Part shown: in pieces, positions 43,998 through 59,512 of the stretch | How positions within the stretch are numbered: the stretch's first letter is position 1 | Layout of the letters: each line of letters begins with the position of its first letter | Assembly: GCA_038251965.1 (NCBI GenBank) | Contig: JBBSAV010000001.1 | Coordinates: 28,627 to 92,626 of the forward strand | Direction of reading: 5' to 3' | Origin: Candidatus Limnocylindrales bacterium | Lineage (GTDB): Bacteria; Chloroflexota; Limnocylindria; Limnocylindrales; CSP1-4 | DNA length: 64,000 nucleotides | The notes under the pieces: model-generated | What the model was told of the DNA's origin: nothing | The model's input: only the letters and a program-made list of their open reading frames with translations | The model's database searches: none | Position numbers and translations under genes: made by a program

Positions 43998-45091
43998 GTC
44001 TTGAAGCCCGGCTCGACGAGCTGGAGCAACGACTCGTCGATATCCAAGCGGAATGGTCCCGACCGGAGGTCGCGACCGACCCTGACCTGAGCCGGAAGCT
44101 CGGTCGCGAGCAGGCCCGCATCGGACCTGTGGTGGAGAACCATCGTCGCCTGCGCGCGATCCAGGCAGAGCTGGCTGCCGCCCACCGTGACCTGCAGGGC
44201 GAGTCAGATCCCGAGCTCAAGGAGATGGCGCGCGAGATCATCGCCGAGAACGAGATCGAGGAGGCGCGCCTGCATGCGGATCTGCGCTTGCAGCTCTTGC
44301 CGACCGACCCCAATGACGACCGCGACGTCATCATCGAGGTTCGCGGTGGCACTGGTGGCGAGGAGGCAGCCATCTTCGCCGCTGACCTCTTCCGCATGTA
44401 CGTTCGCTACGCGGAACGACGCCGCTGGAAGACGGAGACCCTCTCCACGTCCGAGTCGGGCGTCAAGGGCTTGCGGGAAGTCATCTTCGAGATCAGCGGC
44501 CAGGGCGCCTGGAGCCGGCTGAAGTACGAGGGTGGTGTGCACCGCGTGCAGCGTGTCCCCGAGACAGAATCCAGCGGCCGCATCCATACCTCCACCGCCA
44601 CCGTGGCGGTCTTGCCAAAGGCCGACGAGGTCGATGTCCAGATCGACGAGGTCCGCGACCTGCGCATCGACGTCAAGCGTGCCTCTGGCCCCGGTGGACA
44701 GTCGGTCAACACCACCGACTCCGCGGTGCGCATCACGCACCTGCCCACCGGCCTGGTGGTGGAGATCCAGGACGAGAAGAGCCAGCACAAGAACAAGGCC
44801 AAGGCCATGGCTGTGCTGCGGGCGCGCCTGCTGGAGCTCGAGCAGCGCAAGGCCCGCGAGGAGGAGGACGAGGTCCGCCGGTCCATGGTCGGATCGGGCG
44901 AGCGGGCCGAGAAGATCCGTACCTACAACTTCCCCCAGGACCGCATCACTGACCATCGCATCGGCCTCGATGTGCACGATATGCCCAGCGTGCTTGACGG
45001 TGACCTGGACCGGCTGATCGAAGCCCTCATCACCGCCGACCAGGCCGAACGGCTGGCCTCGCTTGAGGTGCAGTCGGAGCCGGCCCGCTAG
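43994..45091 (+). CDS. prfA: peptide chain release factor 1
   Basis: PxT and GGQ motifs (RASGPGGQSVNTTDSAVRITH). Confidence 0.95.
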   Translation: MSLEARLDELEQRLVDIQAEWSRPEVATDPDLSRKLGREQARIGPVVENHRRLRAIQAELAAAHRDLQGESDPELKEMAREIIAENEIEEARLHADLRLQLLPTDPNDDRDVIIEVRGGTGGEEAAIFAADLFRMYVRYAERRRWKTETLSTSESGVKGLREVIFEISGQGAWSRLKYEGGVHRVQRVPETESSGRIHTSTATVAVLPKADEVDVQIDEVRDLRIDVKRASGPGGQSVNTTDSAVRITHLPTGLVVEIQDEKSQHKNKAKAMAVLRARLLELEQRKAREEEDEVRRSMVGSGERAEKIRTYNFPQDRITDHRIGLDVHDMPSVLDGDLDRLIEALITADQAERLASLEVQSEPAR

Positions 45092-45108
45092 GCCTCGCGG
45101 GCCGGCCT

Positions 45109-46029
45109 GTGGAAACGCGCGCGCAACGTGTCGATGAATCGCTCCGTGAGGCGACGTCTCGCCTTGACGCATCCGGTTCGGAGACGGCGCGCCTGGACGC
45201 CGAGGTCCTGCTGGGGCACGTGCTGGGAGTCGACCGCAGCGCTCTCGTGGCACACCCAGAGGTCGCGCTGAGCACGGGACAGCTGGATCGCTTCCAGGCT
45301 CACCTGACTCGTCGGGCGGCGGGCGAGCCGGTGGCCTACATCCGTGGTGTCAAGGAGTTCTACGGCACCGCCATCGCGGTCGATCGGCGCGTCCTGATAC
45401 CGCGGCCGGAGACCGAAACGCTCGTCGACCTGGCACTGGCACGCATCACCGCCCGCTTGACCGGGGCGCCGCGTGAGCGGGCGGCCGATCCCTACCTGGC
45501 TTGGGACGTTGGCACCGGCTCTGGCGCCATCGCCTTGGCCATCGGCGTCGAACTGCGCCGGCGGCACTATGGCGATGTCGTGCGCTTCTTCGCCAGCGAC
45601 ATCTCCGGCGACGCACGGGACGTGGCCACCATCAACGTGGTCTCCCAAGGCTTGGCGCATCTCTTCACCTTTGCTGAAGGGGATCTTCTCGACGTCGCTC
45701 TGTCGCCGCCGCGCCCCGTCGACCTGCTGCTGGCCAACCTCCCCTACATCCCCAGCGATGCCATCGCGGCGCTGCCGGTGGCAGCCAGCTTCGAGCCGCT
45801 GGCAGCTCTCGACGGCGGTCGCGACGGGCTCGATATCATCCGTCGCCTGCTGCTGGGACTGCCCGATGTCCTCGCTCCTGATGGTGCCGCCCTGTTGGAG
45901 ATCGGCGGCGACCAGGGCGATCTCGCGACGGCCGCCGTGACGGAGATGCTGCCCGGCTGGGCCTGCACCATCCATCCCGACCTCTCTGGCAGCCCACGTG
46001 TCGCGAGCGTCGAGCGTGTCGATGCCTAG
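45109..46029 (+). CDS. prmC: release factor glutamine N5-methyltransferase PrmC/HemK
   Basis: SAM motif DVGTGSGAIALA; catalytic NLPY(IP). Confidence 0.9.
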   Translation: METRAQRVDESLREATSRLDASGSETARLDAEVLLGHVLGVDRSALVAHPEVALSTGQLDRFQAHLTRRAAGEPVAYIRGVKEFYGTAIAVDRRVLIPRPETETLVDLALARITARLTGAPRERAADPYLAWDVGTGSGAIALAIGVELRRRHYGDVVRFFASDISGDARDVATINVVSQGLAHLFTFAEGDLLDVALSPPRPVDLLLANLPYIPSDAIAALPVAASFEPLAALDGGRDGLDIIRRLLLGLPDVLAPDGAALLEIGGDQGDLATAAVTEMLPGWACTIHPDLSGSPRVASVERVDA

Positions 46030-46660
46030 GCTCGGCCCGGCCGTGCTGCCGGCATCCGACCCGGGCGCGCTGTCCGATGCTATCGATGCCATGCGCGCCG
46101 GCGGGATCATCGGCATCCCCACCGAGACTGTCTACGGCATCGGCGTACTGCCTCGAGCTGACGCGCTGGCCGCACTCATCCGCGCCAAGCAGCGCCCCGA
46201 GGAGAAGGGCATCGCCTTGCTCATCGACGGCCTCGACCAGGTCGAGATGCTTGTCGAGCTGCCCCCCGCAGCGGTGCGCCTGGCGCGAGACCATTGGCCC
46301 GGTGCCCTGACCCTGGTGTTGCCAGTCCGGCGAGCGGCGTCATTGCCCGACACGCTTACCGGCGGTCGTGACACACTCGGCCTGCGCATCCCCGACCATC
46401 CCGTGCCGCGCGCGCTGGCGCGAGCGCTTGGGCCGCTGGCGGTGACGTCGGCCAACCTGAGCGGCGGGGCGCCGGCCACGACAGCGGCCCAGCTGATGGC
46501 GTCGGTCGGACATGCATTGGCGCTCGTGCTCGACGATGGGCCCGTTCGCGGCGGTGTCGCCTCGACCGTCGTGGCCGTGGATGCCGACGACGCCTGGCGC
46601 ATCCTGCGGGCCGGTGCGCTGGACCGCGCCACCATCAGCGCCACCATCGACGGGGGCTGA
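46022..46660 (+). CDS. tsaC: L-threonylcarbamoyladenylate synthase (YrdC/TsaC)
   Basis: [15 protein letters not shown]; start overlaps the prmC stop. Confidence 0.8.
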   Translation: MPRLGPAVLPASDPGALSDAIDAMRAGGIIGIPTETVYGIGVLPRADALAALIRAKQRPEEKGIALLIDGLDQVEMLVELPPAAVRLARDHWPGALTLVLPVRRAASLPDTLTGGRDTLGLRIPDHPVPRALARALGPLAVTSANLSGGAPATTAAQLMASVGHALALVLDDGPVRGGVASTVVAVDADDAWRILRAGALDRATISATIDGG

Positions 46661-46713
46661 GCGCTGACGCGTACACTCCACATACGCGCAGAGAACGACC
46701 CACGGAGCACCTC

Positions 46714-47994
46714 ATGACCCTTGCCTTTGGCCGCCAGTCGACCGACGAGTCCATCGCCCACGTCGACCCCGAGCTGTGGGAAGCGATGGTCGCCGAGCGC
46801 GAGCGCCAGACCTGGAAGATCGAACTCATCGCCAGCGAGAACTATGTTTCGGCGGCCGTCCTGGAGGCTGCCGGGAGCTGGCTGACCAACAAGTACGCCG
46901 AGGGTCAGCCAGGCCGTCGCTACTACGGGGGCTGTGAGTATGTCGACGTGGTCGAGCGGCTGGCCGAGGAACGTGCGCTGGCACTGTTCCCCGGGGCCGA
47001 GTTCGTCAACGTCCAGCCACACTCGGGTGCGCAAGCCAACATCGCGGCCTATCTGTCCGTGTTGGACCACGGCGACACCATCCTGGGCATGAGCCTGGCA
47101 CACGGTGGTCACCTCACCCATGGGCACCCCATCAACTTCAGCGGCCGCTTCTTTGACGTCCACGCCTACGGCGTGTCAGAGCTCGACGGCCGCATCGACT
47201 ACGGAGCCCTTGAGCGTCAGGCCGCTGAGGTCCGGCCCAAGCTGCTAGTGGCCGGCGCGAGCGCCTACTCGCGCATCATCGACTTCGAGCGCATGGCCGC
47301 CATCGCGCACGGCGTGGATGCGTTGCTGTTCGTGGACATGGCCCACATCGCCGGCCTCATCGCTGCCGGCCTGCATCCCAGCCCATTCGGCCACGCTGAC
47401 ATCGTCACCACCACCACCCACAAGACGCTGCGCGGGCCTCGTGGGGGCATGATCTTCGGCACCGCCGAGCTGGGCAGACGGATCGACCGCGCCGTCTTCC
47501 CCGGCACCCAGGGTGGCCCGCTGATGCACATCATCGCGGCCAAGGCCGTGGCGCTGCTGGAAGCTCGCAGCGAGGCCTTCCGCGAGGACCAGCGGCGCAC
47601 TGTGGCGAACGCCACGGCCCTCGCCGAAACGCTGCGTGCCCATGGGGCCGAGCTCGTGTCCGGCGGCACCGATAACCACCTCATCCTCGTCGACGTAACC
47701 CCCCTCGGTGTGACCGGCGCGCAGGCCGAACACCTCCTCGACGAGGTCGGCATCACCGTCAACAAGAACGCCATCCCGTTCGATCCACTGCCGCCGAACA
47801 CCGCATCCGGCATCCGCGTCGGCACTCCGGCGACCACGACGAGGGGTTTCGGTCACGATGAGATGAGTCGGGTGGGCGAGCTTATGGTGCGCACCCTGCG
47901 AGAGCGGGAGGATGCGGCAACGCTCGGATCGGTCCGCCGCGAAGTGCGTGAGATCTGTGCGCGCTTCCCAGTGCCGGGATCGCCTCGCGCGTGA
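46714..47994 (+). CDS. glyA: serine hydroxymethyltransferase
   Basis: PLP site [14 protein letters not shown]. Confidence 0.95.
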   Translation: MTLAFGRQSTDESIAHVDPELWEAMVAERERQTWKIELIASENYVSAAVLEAAGSWLTNKYAEGQPGRRYYGGCEYVDVVERLAEERALALFPGAEFVNVQPHSGAQANIAAYLSVLDHGDTILGMSLAHGGHLTHGHPINFSGRFFDVHAYGVSELDGRIDYGALERQAAEVRPKLLVAGASAYSRIIDFERMAAIAHGVDALLFVDMAHIAGLIAAGLHPSPFGHADIVTTTTHKTLRGPRGGMIFGTAELGRRIDRAVFPGTQGGPLMHIIAAKAVALLEARSEAFREDQRRTVANATALAETLRAHGAELVSGGTDNHLILVDVTPLGVTGAQAEHLLDEVGITVNKNAIPFDPLPPNTASGIRVGTPATTTRGFGHDEMSRVGELMVRTLREREDAATLGSVRREVREICARFPVPGSPRA

Positions 47995-49133
47995 TCTACG
48001 AGGAGCTGCCCTTCATCCTCGCTACCGGGGGCGCCGCGGCAGTCGTCGCCTTCCTGTTGACGCCACTGGCCATGCGCCTCGCAACCGCGGCTGGTGCTAT
48101 CGACGAGCCTGACTCTGGTCGTCGCATCCACCTCCGCCCCATCCCACGGGCCGGTGGCCTGGCGGTGGCGGGTGCCTTCATGGGGGCCGGTCTGGTCGCC
48201 CTGCTGCTGCAGGATCGCTTCGAGTTCCTGAGGCCCTTCTCCTGGCGCATGCTCGATCGCTACGAGCTGTGGGCGGTCTTTGGTGGCGCCCTTCTGGCCG
48301 CGGTCTTCGGGTTCATCGACGATCGCTGGCAGATCCGTGCCCGCTGGCAGTTCCTCTTCCAGTTGTTGCTGGCACTGGTCGCGATCGGCCTGGGCCTGTC
48401 GATCGTCGTCGTCAACAACCCGCTCGACTTCCTTGGTTTCGCCGGTGAGGGCACCCTCGTCTTCGCCGGTGTGGGCGCCGGTATCGTCACCGCGCTGTGG
48501 GTCGTGGGCATGATCAACAGCATCAACTTCATCGACGGCCTCGACGGGCTTTCCACCGGCGTCGCGCTCATCGCGGCGGTGACGCTGGGCTTCGTGTCAC
48601 TGGGCTACGAATCTGCCTATCAGCCCATGGTGGCGCTGCTGTGCGCGCTGCTGGCCGGCGCGCTGCTGGGCTATCTCCCCTGGAACTTCCACCCTGCCAG
48701 GATCTTCATCGGGACGACCGGCGTGATGGTGGTGGGCTATCTGCTGGCGGTGCTGGCCATCCTGGGGTCGGCCAAGATCCCGGTGGCCCTGCTCATCCTG
48801 GGCGTTCCCATCATCGACACCTTCTGGATCATCACGCGCCGCCTGCTCAGCGGGCATTCACCGTTCACACCCGACCGTGGCCACTTCCACCATCGGCTGC
48901 TCGACCTTGGCCTCAGCCACCGCGGCGCGGTGCTGCTCATCTATGCCATCACCGTGGTACTGGCCGTGCTGAGCCTGATGCTGGCGGGCGGATCGGGTCC
49001 GCTCTACGCGTTCATGGCCATCGTCATCGCCTCAGGCATCCTGCTCCTGCTGGTCACGTTCAGGGTCGGTCCCGACCAAGCCCTTGAGGCCAGCTCCTAT
49101 CCCGACGACGAGGGCTCGCGTGACGCTGGTTGA
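47991..49133 (+). CDS. wecA: MraY/WecA-family polyprenyl-phosphate GlcNAc-1-phosphate transferase
   Basis: GT4 (MraY-like) polytopic protein with NxxNxxDGxDG region [16 protein letters not shown]; upstream of the atp operon as in actinobacteria. GTGA overlap with glyA. Confidence 0.8.
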   Translation: MIYEELPFILATGGAAAVVAFLLTPLAMRLATAAGAIDEPDSGRRIHLRPIPRAGGLAVAGAFMGAGLVALLLQDRFEFLRPFSWRMLDRYELWAVFGGALLAAVFGFIDDRWQIRARWQFLFQLLLALVAIGLGLSIVVVNNPLDFLGFAGEGTLVFAGVGAGIVTALWVVGMINSINFIDGLDGLSTGVALIAAVTLGFVSLGYESAYQPMVALLCALLAGALLGYLPWNFHPARIFIGTTGVMVVGYLLAVLAILGSAKIPVALLILGVPIIDTFWIITRRLLSGHSPFTPDRGHFHHRLLDLGLSHRGAVLLIYAITVVLAVLSLMLAGGSGPLYAFMAIVIASGILLLLVTFRVGPDQALEASSYPDDEGSRDAG

Positions 49134-49142
49134 GGTGGAAAG

Positions 49143-49418
49143 GTGCAGCGGGAGTGTGCTGCTATACTCGGCCCCGCCCGCGTCGGGCGCCCAATGAACG
49201 GCCACGGGAAGTCATTCGGATACTTCGCCCTCTTCACGGAGATCGGGCTCGTCCTCTTCGTGATCACGCTCGGCGCCGCAACCGCGGGACGTTGGCTTGA
49301 TGGGCGACTCGATACGACGCCCTTGTTCCTGACGGTGGGTTTCCTTGGGGGCGCGTTGCTGGGGGCAGCGCTGGACTGGCGGCTCATCAGCCGGTTCCTC
49401 AGGAGATTGGATGACTGA
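49143..49418 (+). CDS. AtpZ/AtpI-like small membrane protein preceding F0F1 operon
   Basis: Two TM helices; position immediately before atpB. Confidence 0.5.
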   Translation: MQRECAAILGPARVGRPMNGHGKSFGYFALFTEIGLVLFVITLGAATAGRWLDGRLDTTPLFLTVGFLGGALLGAALDWRLISRFLRRLDD

Positions 49419-50508
49419 CGGGCGCCCACCCACCCGTCACGACGGAGTCAGTGTGTCAAGCGACCAGAACTCACTGGACCGCGAGGTCCAGTTCACCTCG
49501 GACAAAGGCAGCGGCATCACGCTGCGTGTCCTGGTGCTCGCGATCGTCGGTCTCCTGGTGCTGAATGTCGCGGCGCTGGTCTTCCTCGATGTCGAGCAGG
49601 AGGTCCGCTCCGGCCAGGTCTGTGACAAGGTCGCGCTGGAGGCGGAGGGGTATCCAGCCTGCTTCATCAAGGCCAACCTCCACCTGCCCCGGCCACATGA
49701 GGTCTGGGTCATGGGAAAGCCAGTCGAGGAGGCCAACCACGGCCTGGTTACCTTCGAGGTCAGCCTGACCGACTCGCTGGTCACGATGATCGGCATCACC
49801 GCCCTCGTGCTGGTGTTAGGCACCATCGCCGCTCGCGGCAAGCGCGACGTGCCCGGCCGGTTGCAGAACTTCGTCGAATGGGCCTATGAGTCACTGCACG
49901 CTTTCGGCAGCAGCATGGGCGGCGCCAGAGCGGCACGCTACATCCCGCTCTTCGCGGCCTTCTTCGTGCTCATCCTCGCCTTCAATTGGAGCGGCCTGTT
50001 GCCCGGCATCAGTCAGACGTCGGTCACGCGCGCTCCCACCAGTGATCTCAACGTCACCCTTGGCCTCGCGCTCGTCGCATTCGTCGTGTTCGAGGTGGAG
50101 GGTTTCCGCCGGCTGGGCGTGAGGGGCTATCTGAGCAAGTTCTTTCCTGTTGGCGAGTTCCGGAAGAGCATCGGCGCCGGCCTGGTCGCCGTCTTCGTCG
50201 GCATCCTCGAGCTCATCCTCGAGCTCATCAAGCCGGTCACGTTGTCGATGCGACTCTTCGGCAACATCTTCGGCGGCGAGGTCGCCCTGGCTGTGGTCAC
50301 GGGTCTGGCCCTGGCATTCTTCATCCCCGTCGCGCTCTACGGCTTGGAGATCATCCTCACCTTCGTACAGGCTCTTATCTTCAGTACGCTGACGCTCATG
50401 TTCATCCTCGCCGCCATCGAGAGCCACGATCACGAGGAAGAGCACATGGGCGAGGAATCGATGGATGCATTGGAGGACGCGCGGCAGCAATCACCAGCCA
50501 CCAGCTAG
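49411..50508 (+). CDS. atpB: ATP synthase F0 subunit a (longest form; alternative SD-preceded ATG at 49711 would give canonical ~265 aa)
   Basis: LAFNWSGLLPGI and LSMRLFGNIFGGEV (essential Arg). ATGACTGA overlap with the upstream ORF, with AGGAG SD. Confidence 0.85.
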   Translation: MTDGRPPTRHDGVSVSSDQNSLDREVQFTSDKGSGITLRVLVLAIVGLLVLNVAALVFLDVEQEVRSGQVCDKVALEAEGYPACFIKANLHLPRPHEVWVMGKPVEEANHGLVTFEVSLTDSLVTMIGITALVLVLGTIAARGKRDVPGRLQNFVEWAYESLHAFGSSMGGARAARYIPLFAAFFVLILAFNWSGLLPGISQTSVTRAPTSDLNVTLGLALVAFVVFEVEGFRRLGVRGYLSKFFPVGEFRKSIGAGLVAVFVGILELILELIKPVTLSMRLFGNIFGGEVALAVVTGLALAFFIPVALYGLEIILTFVQALIFSTLTLMFILAAIESHDHEEEHMGEESMDALEDARQQSPATS

Positions 50509-50603
50509 TCGACCGACCGGGGCGCTCCCGGCAACACCATCAAGCGCAGGCAACAGCCATCAAGCGCAGGCAACAGGATCTCAGCAGGAGGACTCACACA
50601 ACC

Positions 50604-50828
50604 ATGGATCTGGCACCCATCGGCGCAGGTATCGCACTGCTCGGCATCATCGGCCCTGGCATCGGCATCGGCATCCTCGGCGGCATGTCCGCGAGTGCCA
50701 TCGGTCGCAACCCGGACGCCTCCAGCGAGATCCGCGGCCTGGCCATCATCCTCGCCGCATTCGCCGAAGGACTCGGCGTGTTGGGCATCGTCGTCGCCTT
50801 CCTGCTCGCGCTGGGCATCGGCGCCTAG
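50604..50828 (+). CDS. atpE: ATP synthase F0 subunit c
   Basis: 74-aa hairpin; GIGIGILGG...AFAEGLG (carboxylate E). Confidence 0.9.
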   Translation: MDLAPIGAGIALLGIIGPGIGIGILGGMSASAIGRNPDASSEIRGLAIILAAFAEGLGVLGIVVAFLLALGIGA

Positions 50829-50852
50829 AGTCGCGAGGAGGAGTAGCACCTG

Positions 50853-51434
50853 ATGATCCCCGCCGTCGCCAGCGAAGCAAGCGAGCAACTGCTCGTCTTC
50901 GCCGTAGAATCGGGCGGTGGCTCCGGGCTGACCGTCAACGTCTTCTGGGTCATCATCGCCGCGCTCAACTTCATCGTCTTCTTCCTGCTCGCCTATCGGC
51001 TCATCCTGGTGCCGGTCGGTGGTCGCCTGGCCGACCGCCGAGATCGCATCGAGCAGGGTCTGCGGGACGCGGATGCGGCGCGGCGTGATCGCGAGTCAGC
51101 GGCCGACCAACGGCAGGGCGTCATCAATGAGGCTCGTCGCGAGGCGAGCGAGATCGTGCAGCGCGCCCAGAAGGTGGCCGACGACGAGCGCGACAAGGGC
51201 GTCGCGCAGACACAGGCGGAGATCGAACGGATGCGCGAGCGCGCCGTCGCGGAGATCGATGCCGAGCGCAAGCGGGCGATCCTGGATGTTCGCAGCCAGG
51301 TCGCTGACCTTGCTCTGCTGGCTGCCGGCAGGGTCGTGGGCGAGACCATGAGCACGGAACGTGAACGTCGCCTCGTCGACGAGTTCCTGACCCAGATCTC
51401 GGCGCAGGCACCAGCCGGAGACGACCGCAACTGA
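50853..51434 (+). CDS. atpF: ATP synthase F0 subunit b
   Basis: N-terminal TM plus long charged coiled coil. Confidence 0.85.
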   Translation: MIPAVASEASEQLLVFAVESGGGSGLTVNVFWVIIAALNFIVFFLLAYRLILVPVGGRLADRRDRIEQGLRDADAARRDRESAADQRQGVINEARREASEIVQRAQKVADDERDKGVAQTQAEIERMRERAVAEIDAERKRAILDVRSQVADLALLAAGRVVGETMSTERERRLVDEFLTQISAQAPAGDDRN

Positions 51435-51459
51435 TGAACGATGCGAACACGGGCGATGC

Positions 51460-52005
51460 ATGCCGCTAGCTCGCAGCACGGCCCGACGCTACGCTGAAGC
51501 GGCTTTCGAGATCGCTGAGCGCGATGATTCGATGGCGGCCTGGATGACGGCACTGTCCGTCGCCGAGGAGCGTCTGGCCGAAGACCAGGTCATGCGCTTG
51601 ATGTCCAACCCGTCTATCGCCAGCAGTGATCGCATCGCCGCGCTGGAGCGCATCGTTGGCGACGATGTCGTGGGGCCGCAGCGCAACCTCCTCACGCTGC
51701 TGGTGCGGCGTGGTCGCTTCGAGCTGCTGCCCGCGGTCATCCGCGAGTTCCGGCGCCTGTTTCGCCGTCGGGAAGGCATCATCGAGGCGACCGTGACCTC
51801 GACCACAGCGCTCGGCGAGGCTGAGATCGCGGCGCTGCAGGAGCGCCTGGCCGCCATCACCGGCTCGCGCATCGAATTAGGCCACGAGACCGATCCCAGC
51901 CTCCTCGGTGGCCTCCAGGTCCGCTTGGGGGATCGGCTCATCGATGGCTCTGTGCGCGGTCGGCTCGAACGCCTCCGCTCCGACTTCTCCAACATCGCTA
52001 GCTGA
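51460..52005 (+). CDS. atpH: ATP synthase F1 subunit delta
   Basis: OSCP family; position between atpF and atpA. Confidence 0.85.
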   Translation: MPLARSTARRYAEAAFEIAERDDSMAAWMTALSVAEERLAEDQVMRLMSNPSIASSDRIAALERIVGDDVVGPQRNLLTLLVRRGRFELLPAVIREFRRLFRRREGIIEATVTSTTALGEAEIAALQERLAAITGSRIELGHETDPSLLGGLQVRLGDRLIDGSVRGRLERLRSDFSNIAS

Positions 52006-52029
52006 CGCCACCGCCCAGAAGGAACACGC

Positions 52030-53562
<1,533 letters not shown>

Positions 53563-53614
53563 CCGACCAGCGGTCGCCCGACGGCCGCCAACGACAGGAG
53601 GAAGCCACCCGCTC

Positions 53615-55922
<2,308 letters not shown>

Positions 55923-55963
55923 GTTCCATGAGCCAGCCGCTCCCGACCGGAGGGTCCTAGGCC

Positions 55964-56392
55964 GTGCCCCTGTTCTTGGAGATCGTCACGCCCGAGCGCC
56001 AGGCGTACTCGGACGAGGTCGACGCGGTCTTCTGTCCCGGGATCGAGGGTGAGATCGGCGTCCTGCCGCACCATGCACCGCTGCTGTCGACCCTTGGTGT
56101 GGGCGAGCTGCGCATCCGCAAGGGCAGCGACGAGGAGTATTTCGCCATCGCCGGTGGCTTCGTGCAAGTGCGCCCGGACAAGGTCGTGGTCATGGCAGAG
56201 CTGGCCGACCTCTCCTCGGAGATCGACCTCGAAGCCGCTGAGGAGGCCCGCAGTGAGGCTGAGCGAGCCATCAGGGCCGGCTTCGACGAGCCGGCCGACC
56301 TGGCGCGCGCTCGGGCCTCGATGGAACGAGCGCTCCTGCGGATCCGCGTGGCCGAGCGCCGGCACCGCGAGGGCCCCCGCCAGCGCCGATAG
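55964..56392 (+). CDS. atpC: ATP synthase F1 subunit epsilon
   Basis: Beta-sandwich plus helical hairpin; final gene of the atp operon. Confidence 0.9.
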   Translation: MPLFLEIVTPERQAYSDEVDAVFCPGIEGEIGVLPHHAPLLSTLGVGELRIRKGSDEEYFAIAGGFVQVRPDKVVVMAELADLSSEIDLEAAEEARSEAERAIRAGFDEPADLARARASMERALLRIRVAERRHREGPRQRR

Positions 56393-56416
56393 CCGCGATG
56401 GCTGAGACTTAGCGCC

Positions 56417-57739
56417 ATGGCAGCGACTCGGCCCTTCCACTGGGAGTACCAGGCCCCGCCGGTGCGGCAGGAGACCATCCGCATCGAGGGTGGAGTGCCG
56501 TTGCGTGGCGAGGTACCCATCAGTGGCTCCAAGAACGCAGCCCTCAAGCTGCTGGCAGCCGCCACGCTGACCGGCGAGCGCTGCCGCTTTACCAACGTGC
56601 CCCAGATCGATGACGTCACGCTCATGACGGAGGTCCTGAGCGATCTCGGTGTCGTGGTGGATCATCCCGAGCCCAACACCTACGAAGTCTCGGCCGGCGA
56701 CGTGGACTGGCTCTTCGTGCCACTGGAAGCGGCCGCCAGGATGCGTGCCAGCTTCATCCTGCTCGGCCCACTGCTGGCCCGTTTCGGTCGCGTCATCATC
56801 AGCAACCCCGGCGGCGACCGCATCGGCCGTCGCCCGGTCGATCTGCACGTCGAAGCCATGCAGGCGCTGGGCGCCACCATCGACTACCGCAACGGCTACT
56901 ACTTCGCCCAGGCACCGGGCCGTCTGCGCGGCGGCGACATCGTCTTCCCGCACGTCACCGTGATGGGCACGGAGAACGCCATCCTCGCCGCGACACTCGC
57001 TGACGGCCACACCACCATCCGGCCGGCGGCACGAGAGCCGGAGATCGACGACCTCATCGGATTCCTGCAGGTGATGGGCGCTGAGGTCGAGCGTACCGCG
57101 CCTGACGTCATCGAGATCGAAGGTCGTCGCCGACTCCGCGGCGCCACGCACCACGTCGTGGCCGATCGTATCGAGGCTGGCACATTCGCCGTCGCCGCTG
57201 CGGTCACCGGAGGTGAGATCACGCTGCGTGGTGCGCCGTCGGCACATCTGGGCGCGTTCCTGGATGTCCTCACCGAGATCGGCGTCGGCGTCAGCGGAGC
57301 GGATGACCGCATCACCGTGAGCGCTGCCGAGCCCGGAACCTACCACGCCACCGACATCACCACGGCCGCCTATCCGGGCCTTGCGACCGACCTGCAGCCG
57401 CCCACCGGGGTCCTGCTGACGCAGGCGCGCGGCCGCAGCACCGTCCACGAGACCATCTATGAGGACCGCCTGGAGTGGCTGACAGACCTGGCGCTCATGG
57501 GTGCACAGGCGGAGATCCAGGATGCCCATCACGCGGTCATCAGCGGGCCAGTCCGCCTGCAGGGTGCGACCGTGGAAGTCGGTGACCTTCGTGCTGGCGC
57601 CTCGCTCATCCTGGGTGCCCTGGCGGCGGATGGCCAGTCCACCATCCGTGGTGTGCACCATGTCCGTCGCGGCTACGAGGGCATCGAGAGCAAGCTGCTC
57701 GACCTGGGTGCGAGTATCGAACCGGATCCCGAGCGCTAG
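56417..57739 (+). CDS. murA: UDP-N-acetylglucosamine 1-carboxyvinyltransferase
   Basis: EPSP synthase fold, [14 protein letters not shown]. Confidence 0.95.
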   Translation: MAATRPFHWEYQAPPVRQETIRIEGGVPLRGEVPISGSKNAALKLLAAATLTGERCRFTNVPQIDDVTLMTEVLSDLGVVVDHPEPNTYEVSAGDVDWLFVPLEAAARMRASFILLGPLLARFGRVIISNPGGDRIGRRPVDLHVEAMQALGATIDYRNGYYFAQAPGRLRGGDIVFPHVTVMGTENAILAATLADGHTTIRPAAREPEIDDLIGFLQVMGAEVERTAPDVIEIEGRRRLRGATHHVVADRIEAGTFAVAAAVTGGEITLRGAPSAHLGAFLDVLTEIGVGVSGADDRITVSAAEPGTYHATDITTAAYPGLATDLQPPTGVLLTQARGRSTVHETIYEDRLEWLTDLALMGAQAEIQDAHHAVISGPVRLQGATVEVGDLRAGASLILGALAADGQSTIRGVHHVRRGYEGIESKLLDLGASIEPDPER

Positions 57740-57749
57740 GGCTGCGGGG

Positions 57750-58739
57750 ATGAAGATCGGGATCGATCTGGGCACGGCCAACGTGCTCGTCTATGTCAAA
57801 GGCAAGGGCATCGTCATCCGCGAGCCCTCGGTGGTGGCCGTCAGCGAGAGCCACCACATCCTCGCCGTCGGCGAGGAGGCGCGCGAGATGATCGGCCGGA
57901 CACCTGACAACATCTCCGCCATCCGACCCATGAAGGATGGCGTCATCGCCGACTACGTCATCACCGAGGCGATGCTGCGCTACTTCATCCGCAAGGCCGG
58001 CCGCAGCTTCACCAAGCCGGAGGTCATGGTTTGCGTGCCATCCGGTGTCACCAGCGTCGAGAAGCGTGCCGTACGCGACGCGGCACTCAAGGCCGGCGCT
58101 CGCGAGGCCTACCTCATCGAGGAGCCCCTGGCGGCTGCCATCGGCGCCAACGTGCCCATCTCGGGTGCCTCGGGAAACATGATCATCGATATCGGCGGCG
58201 GTACCAGCGAGATCGCCGTGGTGGCACTCGGTGGCATCGTCGTGAGCCGCTCGCTGCGCGTCGGAGGGAGTCGCTTCGACGAGGCCATCACCAGCTACAT
58301 CCGACGCAAGTACAACCTGATGATCGGCGAGCGTACCGCGGAGGAGGTCAAGATCGCCATCGGCACGGCCCTGCCGCTCGAGCGTGAGCTGACGCTCGAC
58401 GTCCGAGGCCGAGACCTCGTGGCGGGACTGCCGCGGACCATCCCGCTGACCAGCTCAGAGGTCATGGAAGCCATGGAGAAGCCCCTGCAGCAGGTCGTGA
58501 CCGCGGTGCGTGCGGTGCTCGAAGAGACCCCGCCGGAGCTCGCCAGTGACATCATCGACAAGGGCATGGTCATGACGGGAGGTGGTTCGCTGTTGCGCAA
58601 CATGGACCGCCTCCTGACGCAAGTCACCGGTGTGCCCTGTCACGTCGCCGAGAATGCGCTCAACTGCGTCGCCTTGGGCACCGGCCTCGCCATGGAGCAT
58701 TTCGAGTTCTTCAAGGCATCACTCGTACAGAAGCTGTAA
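57750..58739 (+). CDS. mreB: rod shape-determining actin homologue MreB
   Basis: [22 protein letters not shown]... Start trimmed from the longest ORF, which begins at 57501. Confidence 0.95.
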   Translation: MKIGIDLGTANVLVYVKGKGIVIREPSVVAVSESHHILAVGEEAREMIGRTPDNISAIRPMKDGVIADYVITEAMLRYFIRKAGRSFTKPEVMVCVPSGVTSVEKRAVRDAALKAGAREAYLIEEPLAAAIGANVPISGASGNMIIDIGGGTSEIAVVALGGIVVSRSLRVGGSRFDEAITSYIRRKYNLMIGERTAEEVKIAIGTALPLERELTLDVRGRDLVAGLPRTIPLTSSEVMEAMEKPLQQVVTAVRAVLEETPPELASDIIDKGMVMTGGGSLLRNMDRLLTQVTGVPCHVAENALNCVALGTGLAMEHFEFFKASLVQKL

Positions 58740-58741
58740 GC

Positions 58742-59512
58742 GTGGCCTCGCAGCGCGACTTCGCAGCGGACGCGCCGCAAGTCGGCCGTTCCTTCGTCGA
58801 CCTTCACTCGCACAGTTCGGCCTCATTCGATTCGCTCTCGGACCCACGCAAGATGATCGAGAAGGCGATGCGGATCGGCCTGACGCACCTCGCGGTCACC
58901 GACCATGAGCGTATCGACGGGGCCCAGCGCGCTCGCGAGCTGGCACCGGCAGGACTGCAGGTCATCGTGGGCGAAGAGGTCCGAACGGCTGACGGTGACA
59001 TGCTGGGGCTCTTCCTGGAGCGTGTCGTGCCGCCCGGGCTCTCGGCCATCGAAACCGCGGCCGCCATACGCGAACAGGGTGGCCTGGTGGGCTTGCCGCA
59101 CCCCTTTGACGGTTTCCGCAGCTCAGGCGGCAGCAAGGCCGACGGCGGGTCCGGCAGCGCCGAACAGAAGCTGGAGGCGCTGGCCGCTATCGTCGACTAT
59201 GTGGAAACGCACAACGCCCGCGCCTATCGTGATGCCAACCCCTTGGCGGCAGCCTTCGCACATCGCCATGGACTGCCTGGGGTGGCCTCGTCAGATGCGC
59301 ACAGTATCACCGAGCTGGGGATCGCCTCGACCGTGTTGCCGGGCACGTTCACCTCGGCCGCAGAGCTGCGGATGCTCCTGCCGAGCGCAGAACTCATGAC
59401 TGGCCGCGCATCCTACTTCGTGCGGCTGTGGACGCCCATGGCCAAGCTGGTCAACCGCTTCGGTGGCAACGGTCGCATCCGCCCGGTTCCGGGAGAGGAG
59501 GGCACATCGTGA
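58742..59512 (+). CDS. PHP-domain metal-dependent phosphoesterase
   Basis: PHP motifs VDLHSHSSASFD, HLAVTDHE, ASSDAHS. Confidence 0.8.
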   Translation: MASQRDFAADAPQVGRSFVDLHSHSSASFDSLSDPRKMIEKAMRIGLTHLAVTDHERIDGAQRARELAPAGLQVIVGEEVRTADGDMLGLFLERVVPPGLSAIETAAAIREQGGLVGLPHPFDGFRSSGGSKADGGSGSAEQKLEALAAIVDYVETHNARAYRDANPLAAAFAHRHGLPGVASSDAHSITELGIASTVLPGTFTSAAELRMLLPSAELMTGRASYFVRLWTPMAKLVNRFGGNGRIRPVPGEEGTS

